A stretch of DNA of 64,000 nucleotides from Eubacteriales bacterium (GTDB lineage Bacteria; Bacillota; Clostridia; Oscillospirales; CAG-272), in the NCBI GenBank assembly GCA_051867875.1, contig JBJDZG010000001.1, positions 17,284-81,283 on the forward strand, in the 5' to 3' direction. The position numbers and the translations under genes were made by a program. Position 1 is the stretch's first letter. Every line of letters starts with the position of its first letter. Shown piece by piece: positions 59,353-64,000 of the stretch. The notes beneath the pieces are model-generated. The model searched no databases. It saw nothing but the letters and a program-made list of their open reading frames with translations, and was not told the DNA's origin.

Positions 59353-59381
59353 ATTTTACCATACATATTAAATAAAGTCAA
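59353..59381 (-). promoter_or_regulatory. Sigma-A-type promoter for rnhA-ASCH
   Basis: Minus-strand TTGACT, 17-nt spacer, TAAAAT. Confidence 0.5.
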
Positions 59382-59400
59382 TATTTTTTACCTGACAATG

Positions 59401-59429
59401 TTGACAATAAAAAATAATTGAGGTAAAAT
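59401..59429 (+). promoter_or_regulatory. Sigma-A-type promoter for the COG0523 two-gene module
   Basis: TTGACA, 17-nt spacer, TAAAAT; 8-nt inverted repeat TTTTACCT/AGGTAAAA (59386-59393 / 59421-59428) brackets the -35 and overlaps the -10. Confidence 0.55.
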
Positions 59430-59466
59430 ATAAGGTAGAGTATTTTTTCGAAAAGGAGAAGAAAAG

Positions 59467-60645
59467 ATGAAAATTGATATATATTCCGGATTTCTCGGCG
59501 CAGGTAAAACGACGCTGATAAAGAAAATGATAGAGGAAGGCTACAAGGGCGAGAAGCTCATGCTTATTGAAAATGAATTCGGTCAGATAGGTATTGACGG
59601 CGGATTCCTTAAAGAATCCGGCATTAACATTACCGAAATGAACTCGGGCTGTATCTGTTGCAGTCTTGTAGGAGATTTTTCTACTGCACTCAAAGAGGCA
59701 ATCAATACCTACCACCCCGACAGAATCATAATCGAGCCCTCGGGCGTCGGCAAGCTTTCCGACGTCGTAAAAGCAACGCAGAGCGTCCTTAATGACGAGG
59801 TGGTATTAAACGGACTCACAACAGTTGCGGACGTAAATAAGTGCAAAATGTATATGAAAAACTTCGGTGAGTTTTTCAATAATCAGATAGCCGAAGCGAA
59901 GTGCATAGTGTTGAGCCACACGCAGACCGCGAGCGAGCAGAAGATATCGGAGTGCGTCGAGCTTTTAAGAAGCGTAAATCCCACGGCGAACATAATTACT
60001 ACCGACTGGGACAAGCTTACGGGTAAGCAGATACTTTCCGCCATTGAGAGCAGTAATTCGCTTATGCAGACTCTTGAAGAGATGGAGCACGAGCACGAGC
60101 ATCATCATCACCATCACGATGACGAAGAATGCGACTGCCACGACCACGAGCATCATCACCATCACGATGACGAAGAATGCGATTGCCACGACCACGAGCA
60201 TCATCACCACCACCACGATGATGAAGACTGCGACTGCCACGACCACGAGCATCATCACCGCCACGATGACGAAGAGTGCGACTGCCATGACCACGAGCAG
60301 CATCATCACCACCACGATGACGAAGAGTGCGACTGCCACGAACACGAGCATCATCATCACCACCACGCCGACGAAATATTTGAATCATGGGGCGTTGAAA
60401 CCGCGCGCAAGTACAGCGAAAACGATATCTACTCAATCCTTGAAGTTCTTGAGGACGAGGAACGCTTCGGTATAATTCTTCGTGCCAAAGGTATCGTCGA
60501 TTCAACCGACGGAGAGTGGCTGTATTTCGACTACATTCCCGGAGTTATCGACATAAGACGCGGCGCACCCGATATTATCGGTAAGCTCTGCGTAATAGGC
60601 TCGCATATAAACGAAGAGAAAATAAAAGAACTGTTTAGCATTTAA
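59467..60645 (+). CDS. COG0523 (CobW/ZigA/YjiA-type) G3E metallochaperone GTPase with a hyper-His/Cys insert
   Basis: 392 aa with Walker A GFLGAGKTT, CxCC motif GCICCS, IIIEPSG, a CobW_C-like C-terminus, and a 94-residue His/Cys/Asp/Glu insert between the domains. Confidence 0.88.
   Translation: MKIDIYSGFLGAGKTTLIKKMIEEGYKGEKLMLIENEFGQIGIDGGFLKESGINITEMNSGCICCSLVGDFSTALKEAINTYHPDRIIIEPSGVGKLSDVVKATQSVLNDEVVLNGLTTVADVNKCKMYMKNFGEFFNNQIAEAKCIVLSHTQTASEQKISECVELLRSVNPTANIITTDWDKLTGKQILSAIESSNSLMQTLEEMEHEHEHHHHHHDDEECDCHDHEHHHHHDDEECDCHDHEHHHHHHDDEDCDCHDHEHHHRHDDEECDCHDHEQHHHHHDDEECDCHEHEHHHHHHADEIFESWGVETARKYSENDIYSILEVLEDEERFGIILRAKGIVDSTDGEWLYFDYIPGVIDIRRGAPDIIGKLCVIGSHINEEKIKELFSI
60118..60366 (+). 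repeat. Five in-frame tandem repeats (48, 51, 48, 51, 51 nt), each encoding DDE(E/D)CDCH(D/E)HE(H/Q)H3-5
   Basis: Read directly: units start at 60118, 60166, 60217, 60265 and 60316 and differ by only a few substitutions; preceded by the lead-in EHEHEHHHHHH (60085-60117). Confidence 0.95.
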
Positions 60646-60656
60646 TGGAGTTTAAG

Positions 60657-61604
60657 ATGAGAAATCAAATACCCGTATATTTATTTGTAGGCTTCCTCGA
60701 GGGCGGAAAAACACACATGATTCAGGAGTCCATGGAGGACCAAAGATTCAACAGCGGTGAAAAAACGCTCATAATCTGTTGCGAGGAAGGAATAGACGAT
60801 TACGACGTGTCCCGATTCTGGGGAAAAAATATATACATTGAAAGAGTTGAAAACGAGGAAAATCTTTCTACGGCATACCTCAGTGAAATCAGCAAAAAAC
60901 ATATAATCGACAGAATTATCGTTGAATACAACGGTATGTGGAAGCTCGATACGCTCTTTATGAATATGCCCGACTCCTGGGACGTTTATCAGTGCGTAAT
61001 GTCTGCGGACTGCGCTACCTTCGATATGTATAACTCCAATATGCGCGCGCTTATGTTTGATAAGCTTTCCGCGTGTGAAATGCTCGTTCTCAACAGAGCG
61101 GACGGGAACGTTGACAAAGAAAATATTCACAAAATAGTAAGAGGCGTAAATCCCCGTGCCGAGATAGTTTACGACTATCCCGACGGAAGAATTGAATACG
61201 ACGATATTGAGGACGAGCTTCCTTTTGACGTCGATGCGCCTATAATAGAAATTGAGGACGGGGATTTTGCCGTCTGGTACAGAGATATGACGGAAGATAT
61301 CGACAAATACGACAACAAAACCGTCAAATTCAAAGGACTCGTTGCACGCGATCCCTCGCTCGGCTCGAAATCAATCATAATCGGAAGACACGTTATGACC
61401 TGCTGTGCGGACGATATCACCTTTGCAGGACTTGTCTGCAACCTCAAAAAGGACAGTGCGTTAAAGACGGGCGACTGGGTGCTTCTCACTGCAAAAATCA
61501 AGATTGAAAATCATCAGATGTATCACACAAAAGGCCCTGTGCTCTATGCAGAAAACACGTCCTTTGCGGTAAAGCCCAATCCCGAGCTTGCAACATTCTA
61601 TTAA
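60657..61604 (+). CDS. G3E-like NTPase lacking CxCC, fused to a DUF1980/YcgQ-type C-terminal domain
   Basis: About 315 aa, starting at ATG 60657 (GGAG 6 nt upstream) or ATG 60645 (overlaps the upstream stop). Has GFLEGGKT, IIVEYNG and LVLNRAD in G3E order. The C-terminal motif GRHVMTCCADDITFAGL resembles DUF1980 from memory. Confidence 0.6.
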   Translation: MRNQIPVYLFVGFLEGGKTHMIQESMEDQRFNSGEKTLIICCEEGIDDYDVSRFWGKNIYIERVENEENLSTAYLSEISKKHIIDRIIVEYNGMWKLDTLFMNMPDSWDVYQCVMSADCATFDMYNSNMRALMFDKLSACEMLVLNRADGNVDKENIHKIVRGVNPRAEIVYDYPDGRIEYDDIEDELPFDVDAPIIEIEDGDFAVWYRDMTEDIDKYDNKTVKFKGLVARDPSLGSKSIIIGRHVMTCCADDITFAGLVCNLKKDSALKTGDWVLLTAKIKIENHQMYHTKGPVLYAENTSFAVKPNPELATFY

Positions 61605-61698
61605 CAAAAATTCCGTTTTCGGAAATATTACTATTGACATTTAGACTATTTTGTGTTATTATATTAATGTAATATTTCCAAGAAAGGAAAATATCGAA

Positions 61699-62391
61699 AT
61701 GAAACAGTTTTTGCTTCAAGTAAAGGATTTTCTTATAAAGCATAAAAAATACATAGCCGAGAGTCTCATTTTCATCGGCTATGTTTTTGCGCTTATTTTG
61801 CTTTTTGCAATAATTGTGAACGTAAATATAGTGCTCAATACCAATGACAGTATATATACCCCGGACGAGGTTGAAGAGCTTAACGGTGAATACGACTGCA
61901 TCTTGGTTTTGGGTGCGGGGGTTCGAGCTGACGGTACGCCTACGCCCATGCTCTATGACCGTCTGAAAACGGCGTTTGAGGCTTATCAAAACGTAAATTC
62001 ACCCAAAATTCTGCTTTCCGGCGACAGTGAGCACTCCGATTATACCGAAACGGTTACGATGAAAAGAGTGCTACTCGAAATGGGCGTAGATGAAGGCGCA
62101 ATTATCAGCGACGGCTACGGACTCTCCACCTACGAGAGCATCGTGAGAGCAAAAAACGTCTACGGAGCAGATAAAATCTTGATTATAAGTCAAAAATATC
62201 ATTTACACAGGGCTATTTATATTGCAGAGGAGCTCGGTATGGAAGCCGACGGCGTCGATGCAGGACTTCGCCCGTACAGAAAACAGCTTATTTACGACGC
62301 GCGGGAATTTCTTGCACGAATCAAGGATATGATATATGCAGAAATGTGCCCGGAGCCTGCGTATAAAGAAGTATGGGAGGAAATCGAATGA
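61699..62391 (+). CDS. SanA/YdcF-family (DUF218) membrane protein
   Basis: 230 aa from ATG 61699 (AAAGGAAA RBS), with an N-terminal TM helix and the DUF218 pattern ILVLGAGV...ILLSGD...[13 protein letters not shown]. Confidence 0.8.
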   Translation: MKQFLLQVKDFLIKHKKYIAESLIFIGYVFALILLFAIIVNVNIVLNTNDSIYTPDEVEELNGEYDCILVLGAGVRADGTPTPMLYDRLKTAFEAYQNVNSPKILLSGDSEHSDYTETVTMKRVLLEMGVDEGAIISDGYGLSTYESIVRAKNVYGADKILIISQKYHLHRAIYIAEELGMEADGVDAGLRPYRKQLIYDAREFLARIKDMIYAEMCPEPAYKEVWEEIE

Positions 62392-64000
62392 TAAACAATA
62401 AATTTAAGCTGGTTTCTCCATACGGTCCGACGGGTGATCAGCCCGAGGCAATAGCAAAGCTCACGGACGGAGTATTGCGCGGTGACAGAATGCAGACGCT
62501 TCTCGGCGTAACGGGCTCGGGCAAGACGTTTACAATGGCAAACGTAATCGCAAATCTAAACAGACCTACGGTGGTGCTCGCCCACAATAAAACGCTTGCC
62601 GCACAGCTCTGCTCGGAATTCCGCGAGTTCTTTCCCGAAAACGCGGTGGAATATTTCGTTTCCTACTACGATTACTATCAGCCCGAAGCGTATATCCCGG
62701 GAAAAGACGTTTATATCGAAAAAGACGCACTTATAAATGACGAAATAGATATGCTGAGGCATAGCGCTACCTCGTCACTTTTTGAGCGCCGAGATGTAAT
62801 TATCGTCGCGAGCGTTTCCTGTATTTACTCGCTCGGAGACCCCGAGGAATATAAAAATCTCGTGCTCTCTTTGCGTCCCGGAATGGAAATGAGCAGAGAG
62901 AAACTAATAAGAAAGCTCATATCTATAAGCTACGACAGAAACGATATAAATTTTGTCAGAGATAACTTCCGCGTGCGCGGAGATACCGTTGAGATTTTCC
63001 CCGCATCGAGCGGAGATAAGGCAATAAGAGTTGAATTTTTCGGAGATGAAATAGACAGAATTTCCGAAATCAATACGGTTACCGGCGAGGTTTTGAGAGT
63101 TTTGTCCTACGTCCCCATATATCCCGCAACGCACTATGCCGTTTCCGATGAAAAAAGGGAACAAGCCATCTCAGAGATAATGCAGGAAATGAATGAAAGA
63201 GTGGCGTTCTTCCAGAGTCAGAACAAATACCTCGAGGCTCAAAGAATAAGCGAAAGAGTAAAATACGATATGGAAATGCTGCGCGAGGTAGGATTTTGTA
63301 GCGGAGTTGAAAACTATTCGAGAGTTCTGTCGGGCAGACCCGAGGGAAGCACACCTTATACCTTGCTTGACTATCTTCCCGACGACTTTTTGCTCTTCGT
63401 GGACGAGTCCCACGTATCGCTTCCGCAGGTTCGAGGCATGAGCGGCGGAGATACGGCGCGAAAGAAGAATCTGATAGATTTCGGTTTCCGTTTGCCGTCC
63501 GCATACGATAACAGACCGCTTCGCTTTGAGGAGTTTGAGGAAAAAATCAATCAGGCTATTTTCGTAAGTGCCACTCCCGGAGAGTACGAAAAGGAGAACT
63601 CAACGCAGATAGTTGAGCAGATTATAAGACCGACGGGACTTGTGGACCCCGAGGTTACTGTCCGCCCAATTGAAGGTCAGGTCGATGACCTTATGAGCGA
63701 GATAAGAATACGCATTGCAAAGAACGAAAGAGTTCTCGTGACTACGCTTACTAAGCAAATGGCTGAGGACCTTACTGAATACCTTGAAAACAACGGAATA
63801 AAGGTTCGGTATATCCATTTCAACGTGGACACTATGGAGCGAATGGAGATAATCCGAGACCTTCGTCTTGGAAAATTTGACGTTCTCGTCGGAATAAATT
63901 TGCTTCGTGAGGGGCTTGATATCCCAGAGGTGTCACTCGTCGCCATACTTGACGCCGATAAAGAGGGCTTCCTCCGCGCTGAAACTTCACTCGTTCAGAC
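62388..64000 (+). CDS. uvrB: Excinuclease ABC subunit B (partial, continues beyond the window)
   Basis: Frame open from ATG 62388 (ATGA overlap with the upstream stop) to the window end. Sequence: [22 protein letters not shown]...[15 protein letters not shown]...[10 protein letters not shown]... Confidence 0.96.
   Translation, partial: MINNKFKLVSPYGPTGDQPEAIAKLTDGVLRGDRMQTLLGVTGSGKTFTMANVIANLNRPTVVLAHNKTLAAQLCSEFREFFPENAVEYFVSYYDYYQPEAYIPGKDVYIEKDALINDEIDMLRHSATSSLFERRDVIIVASVSCIYSLGDPEEYKNLVLSLRPGMEMSREKLIRKLISISYDRNDINFVRDNFRVRGDTVEIFPASSGDKAIRVEFFGDEIDRISEINTVTGEVLRVLSYVPIYPATHYAVSDEKREQAISEIMQEMNERVAFFQSQNKYLEAQRISERVKYDMEMLREVGFCSGVENYSRVLSGRPEGSTPYTLLDYLPDDFLLFVDESHVSLPQVRGMSGGDTARKKNLIDFGFRLPSAYDNRPLRFEEFEEKINQAIFVSATPGEYEKENSTQIVEQIIRPTGLVDPEVTVRPIEGQVDDLMSEIRIRIAKNERVLVTTLTKQMAEDLTEYLENNGIKVRYIHFNVDTMERMEIIRDLRLGKFDVLVGINLLREGLDIPEVSLVAILDADKEGFLRAETSLVQ

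Noticed and set aside
59353-59428. Three copies of GGTAAAA/TTTTACC, considered as a Zur/Nur-type operator for the COG0523 module
   Set aside because: Two of the copies are simply the TAAAAT -10 elements of the divergent rnhA and COG0523 promoters. There is no 7-1-7 AT-rich palindrome resembling known Firmicute Zur boxes. The remaining 8-nt inverted repeat is noted in the promoter feature, but it is not strong enough to call an operator.
59965-60505. Three overlapping ORFs (133, 143 and 147 aa) in other frames or on the other strand across the His-codon repeat
   Set aside because: They are artefacts of the CAY/GAY-rich tandem repeat, which is stop-free in several frames. The COG0523 frame is the only one continuous with recognisable flanking domains.

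Overview
This window is a chromosomal segment of an endospore-forming Firmicute with Clostridia-type gene order, and it is almost entirely housekeeping. I call about 63 protein-coding genes, two of them partial at the window edges. I also call roughly 20 sigma-A-type promoters, many of them exact TTGACA-17-TATAAT, and roughly 20 hairpin terminators. Landmarks in order: tig-clpP-clpX; lepB-rbgA-rnhB-yraN-dipeptidase-thrC; nfeD-SPFH; rsmE; PucR-type regulator and S41 peptidase; greA-lysS; dxs and a DtxR-type regulator; AsnC-type regulator plus aminotransferase; glpK plus a lipase-like hydrolase; a complete spoIIIAA-AH operon plus ylmC/ymxH; rpsB-tsf; NUDIX plus GH4 glycosidase; ppdK; DUF512-der-obg-ppa; topB; miaB-ylbF-mutS-mutL-tgt; glyQS; an acyl-CoA ligase; rnhA; uvrB. 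By eye I saw no rRNA, tRNA, CRISPR array, transposase, integrase or phage genes, but no covariance-model or tRNA scan was possible. I do not see a convincing multi-gene defence or biosynthetic island. The most unusual items are: (1) a two-gene metal-handling module, in which a COG0523 GTPase carries five tandem DDEECDCHDHEHHHHH cassettes and is coupled to a G3E-like NTPase fused to a DUF1980/YcgQ-type CC-motif domain; (2) an EndoA/MazF toxin gene with no room for an antitoxin gene; (3) a uronate-isomerase homologue that has lost its metal and catalytic motifs; (4) a Shine-Dalgarno-sequestering hairpin in front of a BspA-type LRR surface-protein gene. All family assignments come from motif recognition and memory of reference sequences, not from searches.
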